A stretch of DNA of 62,899 bases, filler included, from Stramenopiles sp. TOSAG23-3 (lineage: Eukaryota): assembly GCA_900128585.1 (NCBI GenBank). It is 24 parts of 24 records of this genome, joined end to end, with 100 filler letters (N's around TTAATTAATTAA, not from the genome) between each part and the next. Parts side by side here need not be neighbours in the genome. Positions count along the whole stretch, not along the records: positions 1 to 2,538 come from LT644745.1; positions 2,639 to 5,176 come from LT644746.1; positions 5,277 to 7,813 come from LT644747.1; positions 7,914 to 10,449 come from LT644748.1; positions 10,550 to 13,085 come from LT644749.1; 19 more parts are not named here. One strand, written 5' to 3'. The notes under the pieces are model-generated. The model was not told the origin of the DNA and ran no database searches. It saw only the letters and a program-made list of their open reading frames with translations. Positions 1 through 11,071 of the stretch are shown in pieces (positions within the stretch are counted from its first letter, which is position 1; every line of letters begins with the position of its first letter). A program made the translations under genes and the position numbers.

Positions 1-428
1 AAGACAATTCGATTAAATATTCTCCCCATCCCCAGCAGCAGAGCAGGCCCTTGCCGTCCGGTAATATTACTTATTAATGATAGGTTTATGTACTTAATAC
101 ACTACATTATTCAGACCTGAGTGTTGAGTTATCAGCCGGATATCGGATATCGGCACAGCATAAAATTAGGTAAAGTAAAAGAAATAGTATAGTACCGTAG
201 TACCAATATTACATTGTTGTTGTGTTTGTTTGGTGGGTCTTTATAATAATAAATATAAAATCTTCTTCTCTTCTGGTTTATTCAAGAATTGTGTAAATAC
301 AATGATGTGGGAGTTTTAAATAACTAAATAAAAAGCTATGTTTACACAGATACCACGAGTCTGAGAGATTCATTTGACATTTTTTATTTCATTCTAATTT
401 CATAGCTTTGTTTGTTGGAGCACCAATC

Positions 429-917
429 ATGGATAGTGACAGCGACCTTTTAGACGACTGCTTTGATGAGCTGGACTTGGACGGTGCACTGGACGAGGCT
501 TTTGAAGAAGTGCAAGGAGGGGAACCGAACGATGACTCTGTCGAGGGATTGGTGGCCAAATGGAAACCTGTTATTGATAAGGATGAAATAATTCAGCAAG
601 CTATAGTATCCAAGCCGTTTAGTCGTTCATATGTCGGTAGTGGTGGAAAAAAGACTCCAAAGCACCTGCCCCCCGTCCACAGCACCTTGTCGTACCTTCT
701 CCGGGCTGCTTTGGTGCAGAGCAAGGTTTGCCGTGACGAAGAAGTGGCAAAAGACTTTTTGAACTCCCTTTTGAATGACGAGCGGACGTCCAAGCATATG
801 GAAAAGATAACAGGGGGCTACCGTCACCGACTGCGTAAAATATTCAGCAGTCGGCTGACACGGGACTCCGATTTTGACAAGGAACAATTTCCCAACGCGG
901 CCAAAGCATTCTTGTAA
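429..917 (+). CDS. Hypothetical protein with acidic N-terminus
   Basis: GC-richer ORF in AT-rich flanks; ATG at 429 follows a CTAAT..TTTCATAG possible 5'UTR acceptor; convergent with the next gene. Confidence 0.7.
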   Translation: MDSDSDLLDDCFDELDLDGALDEAFEEVQGGEPNDDSVEGLVAKWKPVIDKDEIIQQAIVSKPFSRSYVGSGGKKTPKHLPPVHSTLSYLLRAALVQSKVCRDEEVAKDFLNSLLNDERTSKHMEKITGGYRHRLRKIFSSRLTRDSDFDKEQFPNAAKAFL

Positions 918-1115
918 AAGTCCATGCAGACCCACCACCCACCTTGTACATACCCATCATAGGAATATTTGGTGTATATTATTGTTAACCGCACACATAC
1001 TATTTAAGATTTTACGTAAGGGCATTATAAAACATTAAACACGTTTTAATTGAATGGTATAAATTGTCCTTTCACGCGATTCCACGCCCTCCATGCAGAT
1101 CTCTCGCCAGCCAAT

Positions 1116-1877
1116 TTAGCGGTTGTATTGCCGCTTCTTTTTCCTCCTCTTTCCCTCCGTTGAGGACAGGCACATGCTGCAGCAACAAAACCCACACGTG
1201 ACGCACTGCAGCGATCTGAGCACGGCGTACTTTGCCGCCGGAAAGATCAGGTAATATACAAACATGAATACAATGGACCAAGCGATCAAATCGACCATGT
1301 ACTCGGCCCCTGCAGAAGTAATGTTGGGCTGCGCCGCTAGCACGTTTACAAAGCGAACACGGTACGTCTCATACGCAATCACGAGTTTGGTGAAGTACGT
1401 ATTTAAAGTCTTCTGCGTTTGTTTCAGGACCGGCTCGACACTGGGCATAATATTATCGACGTGGGGCTTGACGAGGTCGTTGGTTTGCTTCATCAAGTCC
1501 TCCATCCCTGGTTTGACCGTATTCTCGTAAGTTTCAACAGTCTTTTCGCCTGCGTATTTTAAATACTCTTGGGAAACCACCGTGGCGTCGTCAAGTGCCT
1601 TCTTGGTAACTTCTGCGGCGTTTGTTGCCGTGTCTTTCGCTAACTTGATGTAGTCCGTTTGAGAGTCTTTCAAACGTTCTACTTCTGCACGGAGGCTGTC
1701 CTCAATTTCAGACGCGGCTTTCAGCGACCGTTCGTGCTTCACTTCCTGCTCGGCAAGCTTCTTGTCTTGCTCTGCAAGCTTTTTTTCATACTCTTGCCTA
1801 ATCCTCTCTTCCTTGTTAAGCGCACTGGCGACAGCCGCAACGGTGCAAAGGATCACAACGAGGTTCACCACTCGCAT
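1116..1877 (-). CDS. Signal peptide + coiled coil + C-terminal TM protein with Cys-rich/basic tail
   Basis: MRVVNLVVILCTVAAVASA signal; heptad-rich middle; TM LIAWSIVFMFVYYLIFP; CVTCGFCCCSMC then KRRKKKR. Confidence 0.8.
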   Translation of the reverse strand: MRVVNLVVILCTVAAVASALNKEERIRQEYEKKLAEQDKKLAEQEVKHERSLKAASEIEDSLRAEVERLKDSQTDYIKLAKDTATNAAEVTKKALDDATVVSQEYLKYAGEKTVETYENTVKPGMEDLMKQTNDLVKPHVDNIMPSVEPVLKQTQKTLNTYFTKLVIAYETYRVRFVNVLAAQPNITSAGAEYMVDLIAWSIVFMFVYYLIFPAAKYAVLRSLQCVTCGFCCCSMCLSSTEGKRRKKKRQYNR

Positions 1878-2538
1878 TTTCAACGTGATATAATATATTA
1901 TTCGGTTTGAAAATGAAACTCACCCGGCCAACAAATGGAAGCTGGATATGTATATATTTAAACCGTGCAGGATCTGGAGTAAACTATTACTTTGTTGTGT
2001 TTCTGTATGGTTTCCACAATCTTTGAAATTGTGTTGTAAAATTTCAATTTGATTGTGGTAATTTCTTTTGTTCAAATTCATACTTTGCCGGTACGGTTCA
2101 AGAAGAAGAAGAAGAAAGAAAAAGAAGAGAGGAGGAGTAAAAGTGTGTGGTGGTGTGGAGTGTGTGGAAGAATGGGAGTGAGGAGCGAGACGTTGTTGTT
2201 GTTGTTGTTTGGTGGTGTTGTTGAGAAGAAGAAGAAAGAAGAAGAAGAAAAGATGAATATTTATTATTAATATTATTATGAAAAACAAATTTCTTCTTCT
2301 CTTTTTTCTTTTTTTTTTTATTTATTTATTTATATCCTCGTAGCTATAATCGTACTTCTTGTATGATAATTCGTATTGTCACTCCCTATAAACGATAATA
2401 GAAAATAGTCTATATAGAAATTGAATCCTTCCATTTGGGTTGGTTTGTGTGGCTGCTGGCTGGCTAATAAAAGAGAAATATGGCACTACACACAACGAGG
2501 CAATAAAAAAGGAATACTGTATCGATATATTACAGTTC

Positions 2539-2638
2539 NNNNNNNNNNNNNNNNNNNNNNNNNNNNNNNNNNNNNNNNNNNNTTAATTAATTAANNNNNN
2601 NNNNNNNNNNNNNNNNNNNNNNNNNNNNNNNNNNNNNN
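2539..2638. other. Artificial contig spacer (44N + TTAATTAATTAA + 44N), first of 23. The others start at 5177, 7814, 10450, 13086, 15720, 18354, 20987, 23616, 26245, 28874, 31503, 34130, 36755, 39379, 41998, 44617, 47234, 49849, 52463, 55077, 57688, 60294
   Basis: Identical 100-nt linker with stops in all six frames; intervening contig lengths fall monotonically from 2538 to 2506 bp. Confidence 0.99.
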
Positions 2639-2902
2639 ATAATGTACTTAAACATACTGAGCGATTCAATGAATATTAAAACTTCCTTAACATTTTGAAC
2701 AAAATCACTAATGTGTGTGTGATGGTCCGGAGCTCACTGATTTAATAATCAATGACATAGGAGCTACTGCTTCTTTCATCTGCTGGTTGTATTTTTTCAA
2801 TTTCCGATTTGTTTTTCTGTATTACATAATATGGCGGACGAATCGGCAACAAAATAATTTCGTGCATTCCTCATATCACTTTGTATAATTTGGCGATGTG
2901 TT

Positions 2903-4891
2903 ATGCTCCTTATCCCGTCACTGGCCGAGAAACATGAAAGAATATGCATGCCACCCATTTCAATAATACCTTTACCCATTTTGACGTCAGTACGGGCTTT
3001 GGACATGATACGGGTAAAATTAAATCGCTGCTCAGAAGATGATACTGTTGGGGTGGTTAGGGAAGATGCGAGGAAACGCTTAACAAGGATAAAAGACTTA
3101 AAATTCTGTAATTTCGAAGCTACTCGCTCAGTAAAAATGTTATCCTTTGACTTTAATCTTGCTAGGAAAATGTCCAGCAATGCTAATGTTAATTTACTGT
3201 GCAGGAAAATGTGGACAGCAACTAATTGTGGTGTATCCAATAAAATGGATAAGCCCAAATTTATAGCATTTCTCCACAAATTTAATTTGTTCACCTCAAC
3301 CCAGCTTCCTCGTAGAAAATATGATATACTGTGGGATGAAGCGCGAAAGAGCAAAAGTGACATTAATTACAGTCGATTTTTAGAATGCTTTCTACTGATG
3401 ACCCTTTTATGCATGTCTTACCGAAAAAGAACAGACTCAGCTGAGCACATAATACGTGAAATGGAAATAATAGTACGAAGTCTTGTAGAGCCTCATGGAT
3501 GCATGCTCATATCTAATACAAAACTTCTGCGCAGAAATCAGGTAAAAATGGGCAAAAGATTCTACAAATCCTCTCCTTCAAAAACTATTAAGCTGGCAGT
3601 AAAACACAACATGGTGCTCCCCGAGAATGTTTTGCAAGTGCCACTTGCAAGTCCACACCAACGTAAAGGGGGTAAAGAAGACCACTACTCAAAAATATGT
3701 GGTATCCAGGCATACTTTCAACGAAAATCTGCACACCAGCTGTCCTGTAGAGACGAAAATAAACTCAAGAAACAAGAGAATAACAAACCACTCCATGCAC
3801 AGAGCCATTTACAACCAATTAAGAAAGTTGCTCCGATACCGAGAAGCTTAAAGTATGCGCCAAAATCTGCAGGTTTTAATAATGTTTTACTGCACGGCCA
3901 TACTTTTTGTGAAAAGAAACCTGACCATACGTTTGATAAATCTGCAGATATTAAACCAATAAAATCATGGAATATGAATATTGTTCGTAATGGTTCAAAG
4001 GAGACCCTAGGAGAACAAATAGAACCAAAAATTAAACAAATTTCCCTTAACAGGCTGGGTTTCTGCACAAATGTTTTGGTAATGCAGCACGCTGATAACC
4101 TTATAAACAAGCGCCAAAATCCACCTCATATTGTTAACAAAAATAATTGTCGGCAACACCATATATTTTGCGATACGAGTCGAAAAGTAACTAATGAAAC
4201 TTTGTTAAAATTAGGTACACTTAATGACACACACAGTATTAGGGTTATTAGGAAAAACAAAAATACCCAGAAGACCTTAGGTGAAATACAAACTGTACAT
4301 TTTTTGAACGGTTTAAATCGTAAGATTGTGTCTTCTACAAGTTCCTTTCCTCATTTGCTGGCCAATCCCTATGATGACAAAACAAAGAAAGAAAGTGCAT
4401 TTCGGCGATCTGTAGTCAAGAAAGATACTGGAGCAAAATGGCGCGCGAACATTCGCCGTGACGTTGCTGAAAATAGGTTTGTGTGCATCAGCAGGGACAA
4501 ATGTTTCCCTGGTGTAAATGGTTTTAGTGTGGGTCGAGCATCAGCATGCAACCAAATAAAATTAAAATCTCGCACAACGTTGCCTAGAATATTCGTGAAA
4601 TCTACACCACTTGCTATCAGCAATAGCATCAACGCAAAAAGGATCCTCAATTCTATGAATTCTCTACTGAAGACCACAGATAAACTGAAAGTACTCAATG
4701 ATAGCCTAATAAAAAAAGCAACAAGAGAGTTAATATGTTACCAGAGTGTAAAGAAACTATCACCAAAACCAGCTCGAGCAGAAAAGCATTTGCAATTGAA
4801 AAGCTTACAAACTAAATATTGTACACCAGAGTATGTTGGAGTAAGCTTCGGATTTAATAAAACAATTAAGAACTGCACTATTAAGATTTAG
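2903..4891 (+). CDS. Basic low-complexity protein with a possible p25-alpha/EF-hand-like helical domain
   Basis: 662-aa ORF; segment MDKPKFIAFLHKFNLF..LPRRKYDILWDEARKSKSDINYSRFLECFL resembles the TPPP/p25-alpha pattern; start uncertain. Confidence 0.55.
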   Translation: MLLIPSLAEKHERICMPPISIIPLPILTSVRALDMIRVKLNRCSEDDTVGVVREDARKRLTRIKDLKFCNFEATRSVKMLSFDFNLARKMSSNANVNLLCRKMWTATNCGVSNKMDKPKFIAFLHKFNLFTSTQLPRRKYDILWDEARKSKSDINYSRFLECFLLMTLLCMSYRKRTDSAEHIIREMEIIVRSLVEPHGCMLISNTKLLRRNQVKMGKRFYKSSPSKTIKLAVKHNMVLPENVLQVPLASPHQRKGGKEDHYSKICGIQAYFQRKSAHQLSCRDENKLKKQENNKPLHAQSHLQPIKKVAPIPRSLKYAPKSAGFNNVLLHGHTFCEKKPDHTFDKSADIKPIKSWNMNIVRNGSKETLGEQIEPKIKQISLNRLGFCTNVLVMQHADNLINKRQNPPHIVNKNNCRQHHIFCDTSRKVTNETLLKLGTLNDTHSIRVIRKNKNTQKTLGEIQTVHFLNGLNRKIVSSTSSFPHLLANPYDDKTKKESAFRRSVVKKDTGAKWRANIRRDVAENRFVCISRDKCFPGVNGFSVGRASACNQIKLKSRTTLPRIFVKSTPLAISNSINAKRILNSMNSLLKTTDKLKVLNDSLIKKATRELICYQSVKKLSPKPARAEKHLQLKSLQTKYCTPEYVGVSFGFNKTIKNCTIKI

Positions 4892-5276
4892 CCAACATGC
4901 GAGAAGACTAACATCAAATTCAAACTGAGAAGTCGATTTTTTTGTTTCATGTATCGCAATCACTGGATGACTTCGACCACCAACCTGGCCGTCAGTAGTA
5001 GCTATCTTTGGTTCTCCAACGACTTCGTCCCATCCATAATCGACTTCTTGATCCGATGTCTCACTCATAACTATACCAGAACTTGTGAAATTTTGTGAAA
5101 ACGGCTTAAAAGTTGTAAAAACGCTCGTTTTCTGTTCAAAAATCGTTCAAGATATGATCAGTAATGGGGTTGGACCNNNNNNNNNNNNNNNNNNNNNNNN
5201 NNNNNNNNNNNNNNNNNNNNTTAATTAATTAANNNNNNNNNNNNNNNNNNNNNNNNNNNNNNNNNNNNNNNNNNNN

Positions 5277-6042
5277 AGTACAAGGCTTATCAGCATCAAT
5301 GGATTTACACCAAGTGAAGGCGCTGTCCGTTGGATTTATGACGTTTGGCAATAAAAAAAGCCTGCATAGGCTAACTGACAGTTTGTGCAATTCCGCTCCC
5401 CGACTGGAGGACCTGGCAATTGATGAGGAAACACGCAATTCAATTTTGCCAATGTTGACGGCCAGAATGAAGCGGATCATGCGGGATACCGTGAATCCGT
5501 ACGGGAATATAGCATATGGGTGCAAACGAGTAAAACAATCTTCTCATTGTGTTGATAAATCTAGGGGGGCACAATATGCTACCGATGGCGACAAATCAAG
5601 TGTGTACGGAGAAGCGTGGTTTTGTCCAACTGCAACCACTACAATTACAGCCATCGAAGCCGAGGCATTCTTGGAGGTAGATTTGGGAAGACCAGAATGG
5701 ATTCACAGTATCCGAGTAACGTTGCCCGATGACAAATATGGAACTGCCCTCCAGTTCCCGTTATACGTAATGTGCAGCAAGAAGCCTTTTTCCAGAACTG
5801 TCGAGGAATGCATTACATGCCCGTACATGGTCCGTTACAGGTTGTTTGAAGAAGTCAAGGTAGGACTGAAATTGGAGGACCTTCCGTCTCCAATTAGATA
5901 CATTCGCGTCCAGCAAGTCGGAAGGCCGCGGTGCTTATCTGTTGGCCAAGTGGCGGCATTTCGAAAATTTCGGTTTTTTGATAAACTGCGAAGGGAAAAT
6001 GAACGGAAGCTCTCAGAGAGGGAGTTTGCTTACAAAAAGTAA
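5277..6042 (+). CDS. 5'-truncated protein with C-terminal discoidin/F-type-lectin-like (galactose-binding fold) domain
   Basis: NIAYG..VKQSS..AQYATDGD..FLEVDLG..IHSIRV..RYIRVQ..LSVGQV pattern; frame open from the contig edge. Confidence 0.7.
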
Positions 6043-6259
6043 GTTCATTTTTGAACAGCTTCAACATTTGCAGCATAACTTCCTCTAGAGCAGCAATAAC
6101 TCGTATGATATTAAATTAATAAAACAATTACGCCGCTGCTTGGAAAATCGCACAACGTTTGAGTTATCTATGAGTGAGGCATCGGATGAGGATGTTGACT
6201 ACGGGTCATTTGTCAGCGTTGCCAACCCAAGCACCGATTCGGATCATGCATGCAATCGC

Positions 6260-6463
6260 AGGAGCAGAGACAAATTCGCAGTATATGAAGGAACGTAAAC
6301 CTTTTAATGGACAAAAGGAGCAGTTTCATTTTCGGGGTACACGAGGAAGATAAATTTTCTTGTTTTATAAAATAAATAGCCAAGTTTTTGTTTTTATGTT
6401 TGCTTTTTTTAAGCAAGAAAATTGGCTGTTATTTAAGTAATTAAATTTAGCTTCCTCATACCC
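6260..6463. repeat. Copy of dispersed modular palindromic repeat family
   Basis: GTAAACCTTTTAATGGACAAAAGGAGCAG..GGGTACACGAGGAAGATAAATTT..AATAGCCAA followed by inverted TTGGCTGTTATTT..AAATTTAGCTTCCTCATACCC; homologous blocks on several other contigs. Confidence 0.8.
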
Positions 6464-6584
6464 TAATCCTAACTTTTTAAGTTAATATAAAAAAAAAACA
6501 AATCTCTTTTTAAAAATAGCCCCCCCCCCCCTTCTGTTAAAGCTAAATTTTTGTACAAATTAAAGGGAAAATAGAGAGAACAAC

Positions 6585-7595
6585 TTAGGGGGAACTGGAA
6601 GAGACACCACCAACGAGCCCTGTGTCGGCCTTCATTGCGAAGTACTCATTGGCTATCTGGCGCATTTGTGTGCGGCACGCGGTGTGCTCCAACATCCGCT
6701 GCCCAGCGGTGGTGTTACAGATGCATTCGCACATGATAATAACCAGTTTTACATAAACGTCATTGTCGGGGCTGTAACAATTGGATACAGGCAGCACTAA
6801 CTCGTTAAAAATTGAATGTGGGTCAACATATTGGTGAGCCAAAAGCTTTGTAATAAGGCATCGCAACCTGGAGCTGACTGTATCAAGCAAGTGTAAATCT
6901 GTGCTCGCTAACGGCGCCATATTATGTAGCAGCGATGCTATAGCGCTTGAAAATGATGATGGTCCATGACTGTGCCTTTGACCAGAATAAAAAAAAATTG
7001 TTGGGTCGTAGGAAAACAAGCAAAGAATCTGAGGAAGCAGCATCTGATTCATCAGGCAAGCGTCCGCTGCTTGCTCAGCAGTACGTTGAGACAAATTGTT
7101 AAGGAGAAAGGACCACCTTAACTTCGATTCAAGTGAAACTCGTAGCCCTATCCGTCGGTTGAAAAATGTTACCGCAGCATCCAGCTTAGGTGTGGTGTCT
7201 GGCGCGTCTCTCTCGCTCGGCCCACGCCTCGCCCTCTTGAAAAAATGGCGTCGCTTACAGATGGCCTGCAAGTCACTGTTGTCCGAGAACGCGACAGAAT
7301 ACTTCGTCAGCGAAGGGGAAAACAAAGGGCGCAAATCTTGCTGCCTTGAGTTTACGTTACGGGCGTACTTCCGTTTGCCCGCACATTCCTCGTTTTCAAT
7401 GTTAGAGTGTTCGTACACCATGGACCTTGCACTTCCATTTAGACATGCAATTGACCGGCAAACACGATTTTCAAGCCCCCGGACGTGTTTCTTACGACAA
7501 ACGGCGTCGAGCCGCACACCAGAAATGTGTTTCCAGCTCGACTGTGCAAAATACGGTGTTCTGACATCACGGGAAAAGGCGGTTGGCCCGTCCAT
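6585..7595 (-). CDS. Hypothetical protein, helical C-terminal half
   Basis: 336-aa ATG-initiated ORF filling a GC-richer island. Confidence 0.65.
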   Translation of the reverse strand: MDGPTAFSRDVRTPYFAQSSWKHISGVRLDAVCRKKHVRGLENRVCRSIACLNGSARSMVYEHSNIENEECAGKRKYARNVNSRQQDLRPLFSPSLTKYSVAFSDNSDLQAICKRRHFFKRARRGPSERDAPDTTPKLDAAVTFFNRRIGLRVSLESKLRWSFLLNNLSQRTAEQAADACLMNQMLLPQILCLFSYDPTIFFYSGQRHSHGPSSFSSAIASLLHNMAPLASTDLHLLDTVSSRLRCLITKLLAHQYVDPHSIFNELVLPVSNCYSPDNDVYVKLVIIMCECICNTTAGQRMLEHTACRTQMRQIANEYFAMKADTGLVGGVSSSSP

Positions 7596-8781
7596 GGATA
7601 TAGTTCAATACGCACAGCCGGCGAGCGAAAATGCCAATGAATGATAAAAACACAATCTATGTATGCGTGCAATACAATTTTTTTCGTTGAACGTCTCTTC
7701 CAATTTTGAACTCTAGTAATACAGGAGCAATATTTTTCATTACTATTAGATTTTTCATAATTATTAGAAATAGGAATCATCAATCATCATCATCATTTTT
7801 TTATCTTAATATTNNNNNNNNNNNNNNNNNNNNNNNNNNNNNNNNNNNNNNNNNNNNTTAATTAATTAANNNNNNNNNNNNNNNNNNNNNNNNNNNNNNN
7901 NNNNNNNNNNNNNAAAGTTAAACACAAAGTTGCACAAGGTAAATAGCAGGCAAAATAACAAAAAAAGGAAGAAAAATGACATTTGAGTTTTTCTTTTTTT
8001 TTTTTTCCTCCACTGTCCGATTTAAAAATGACTTCTACTCTATTAATAATAATTTTTTATTTTATTTAAAAAAAAATGTATTGATGACAACAGAAAAAAG
8101 AAGAAGAAGAAGAGGAGGAGAATGATATAATACCTGGTGGTATAAAATGTCATCACATTTTGTACATTAATATAGCATCGAGCGAACATGCAAAAATAAA
8201 AAAAGAAGAAGAAAGAAGAAGAAATAAAAGAAGAAAGAAATAGAAATAAAAAAGATGATATTATAAAATGTAGAATAGAAGAAATACTCATTCTTCATAT
8301 TTTTCTAAACATGAAAATAGGGTGGGGAACCAAAAGTACCGGAGAGGAAGAAATTGTCCCTATATATTATTCGTTACACCAAGGGTAATAATATATAAAA
8401 TATCTCATATTATTATTATACCAGGTAATTGCACACAATTATTGGACAGAGAGAGAGCGCCATGCCACATGCTATGGAATCAATTTTAAATGATACGTTG
8501 AAACAATTCAAACGATTGAAGCAATGAAACAAACAAGAGAAGAAGAAGAAAAACACTGAAAAAGGACAATTGAACATTGAGAGCGGTTTCATTTTGGTTT
8601 CTTAGATACAATTATACACGCAGATGTCGAAACGTCGATTTGTTGCATGCGCGTAAGTTTTATTAGTCAACCTCCCCCCCCCCACTCCATCTCTCCGTTC
8701 CGCGACTTTTCTCTAACCTTTTTCCCGTCACCTCTTGCTCAAATATATGCAGCGTTGCGTCTGGGCCGCACCAACCGGTTC

Positions 8782-9284
8782 ATGAAGACGGCACCCCAAA
8801 GCAGAAACGTTCCGAATCGCCCACAGGGAAAGAGGAGGTGTCGAAAAAAAAAGAAAGGCCGTGGCCGTGGGACGTGAAACTGGGCGGTTGCCAAAACGAC
8901 ATTTCGAATGTAAATGTCGCGAGGGCGGAGGCAAAGGGTTGTCTTGTTAAGCATGTCCCGCAGATCGTCAAACAGCACTGTACATTCAAGCGAAAATCCA
9001 TAAACAACCCGAAACAAATCATTTGTTCCCGTTGCAAAGAAGAGCTCTGGATTATCATTCAAGAAGGGCACATGGAAGGTTTGCAGCAAGATTACCTTCG
9101 CCGCATGAACGAAAGAAAGGCCGCACCACGACAGCAGAACAGAAATTTATCGGCCGAACAGAGCAAGACTCTCATGAGTGGCCAGGTCATTTCTACCAGG
9201 GCGGCATTAGAATTTCAAAGTGAACGGTCCCATCGGAGCGTCAACAACAACATTCACTTCAAACCGATTCAAAACAGAAAGTAG
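8782..9284 (+). CDS. Small basic hypothetical protein; start uncertain, possibly frameshifted at the A-run near 8844-8852
   Basis: ORF 8838-9284 has no early ATG; the upstream ATG at 8782 is in another frame and crosses the A homopolymer. Confidence 0.4.
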
Positions 9285-9660
9285 CATTTGTGGTACGAAG
9301 GCTACTATGCAAAATTAAACAAACAAAACAACAACAACAAACAAAAAATATACAATAATAATAATAATATGGTTTAAATCTGTAAATAGTATACTAAGAC
9401 CTTATATTCCCTATATAACATTTTATCCGACGTTTTTTTTTCTTCTTTTTTTCTTCTTGCTTGTTGGTCGTCACAGAAAAAATCTACAAAAAATCGGGTA
9501 ATACATCACATATTGTATATAGACTAAAACCGAACACACGTTCCATTTCTCGAATATTAACATGTTTAAATTCACACTTTCTAGTGAACGTTCTCCCCGT
9601 TCGTCGTCTTCTTCTTCGCCCCCCCATCCCTCCCCATTTTTTCCCATTTACAAACGAACG

Positions 9661-10284
9661 ATGGAAACGGTGCAGTCCTTTGCTGAGGCGTCCGGTGAGG
9701 CGGACCAGTTTACCACGGGCGGCGTGGTGGGAGGAGTGGTCCCGCCGTTGTCCTTTTTTGCCAACGCAAGCGCCCCGCGCTCGTGCTGGTACATACTTTT
9801 AGCTATTATATTCGTAGAAAGTATTGTGGGACTGTACGATTTTTTCGCAAACTACACCGACCGAAACCGGTTGCAACAGGTGAAGGAACAGATGAGCATT
9901 CTCAAGTTTAGGACCGAACAGTTGCAGGGTATTGACAACTTCGCCGCAAGGAGTAAGGTAGAACGGACGATAAACAAGCTTGACGTGGAGCGGAAACGAC
10001 TTAGCGCGGTTGTGGAAACGAAATTTACGGACGTCATCACCGGCGGGAACGAGGACGGGACCCCGTCCTTGCGGTCGTTCTTGCTCAAGAAAGGGTGGGA
10101 GTACGCCTCCCAGCCGTTGCTCGTGACGGTGATCCTTTTTATGTTCTGGGGCGAGCACTTGTACGTTTTCCCCTCCGGCTGGTTTTTCCCGATCGACTCC
10201 TCGTACTTGGGCAGCGCGTTGGGCTGGACCACCGTGTGCTACCGTGCGATACGAAAGATTACAAACGCCATTGGCGTGATGTAA
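9661..10284 (+). CDS. GET1: Tail-anchored protein insertion receptor GET1/WRB (CHD5 domain)
   Basis: TM1, coiled coil ..IDNFAARSKVERTINKL (cf. DEFAKWAKLRRKINKL), TM2, FPSGWFFP, TM3 LGWTTVC. Confidence 0.8.
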   Translation: METVQSFAEASGEADQFTTGGVVGGVVPPLSFFANASAPRSCWYILLAIIFVESIVGLYDFFANYTDRNRLQQVKEQMSILKFRTEQLQGIDNFAARSKVERTINKLDVERKRLSAVVETKFTDVITGGNEDGTPSLRSFLLKKGWEYASQPLLVTVILFMFWGEHLYVFPSGWFFPIDSSYLGSALGWTTVCYRAIRKITNAIGVM

Positions 10285-11071
10285 GGCAAATAACCCCCCT
10301 TGGGCTCGGACTCTGCTAGCGCGCCGTGTTGACGCTCTCCCCCGTGATGATGCGATCGATAGATGCGTGCACAATGAGCAAAATGTACGTGTTCGTAAGC
10401 AGCTAGGCTACTTTTTACGAAAAATATAACATTTTTAAATAAAACTCTTNNNNNNNNNNNNNNNNNNNNNNNNNNNNNNNNNNNNNNNNNNNNTTAATTA
10501 ATTAANNNNNNNNNNNNNNNNNNNNNNNNNNNNNNNNNNNNNNNNNNNNTTATAAACTTACCAACCACTATATTGTGAATATGTTAATTGTATGTGTGGT
10601 ATTGTTTGTTTTGGACTTAATTGTTTGGGGTATTGGTTGGGTTGCCCGTGTCCATGAAAATGCGAACTTACTGGCCATTTCTTGTTACGGGTATGATTGG
10701 GACGGGTTTAGATTTTAGGCAAGCGAAAATAGATTGCCAGTCCTTGCAAGACAGGTTGGACACACTTTTGAAAGCAAAGGAAGAGACAGAGGGTTGATGC
10801 GCTGAGACCGATTACTTTCTTTTTTAAGAAACAACAAATTGGCTGTTGTCTAAGTTGTCTTTTTGAATTTAAATTACTTGATGTGTTGTCTTGTACCTTC
10901 TTACGCGAATGATTGTGGAAACGCAAAGAAGGATCGGCGGTGCAACAGGCAGAGGAGCAGTTTTAACAATTCGAGTGTCCGTCCAAACTGATTGTACAAA
11001 GCACCTAATGATAGGGGTTATAAAGTTTTTTACTATAACATATAACATATATGTTTTATTTATAGAGCTCC

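Noticed and set aside
2831..2902. ATG GCG.. (MADESATK) in frame with ORF 2903 but followed by TAA, suggesting stop readthrough or an alternative code
   Set aside because: Single case; TAA, TAG and TGA all end conserved genes here and no conserved gene has internal stops, so this is probably a uORF or chance
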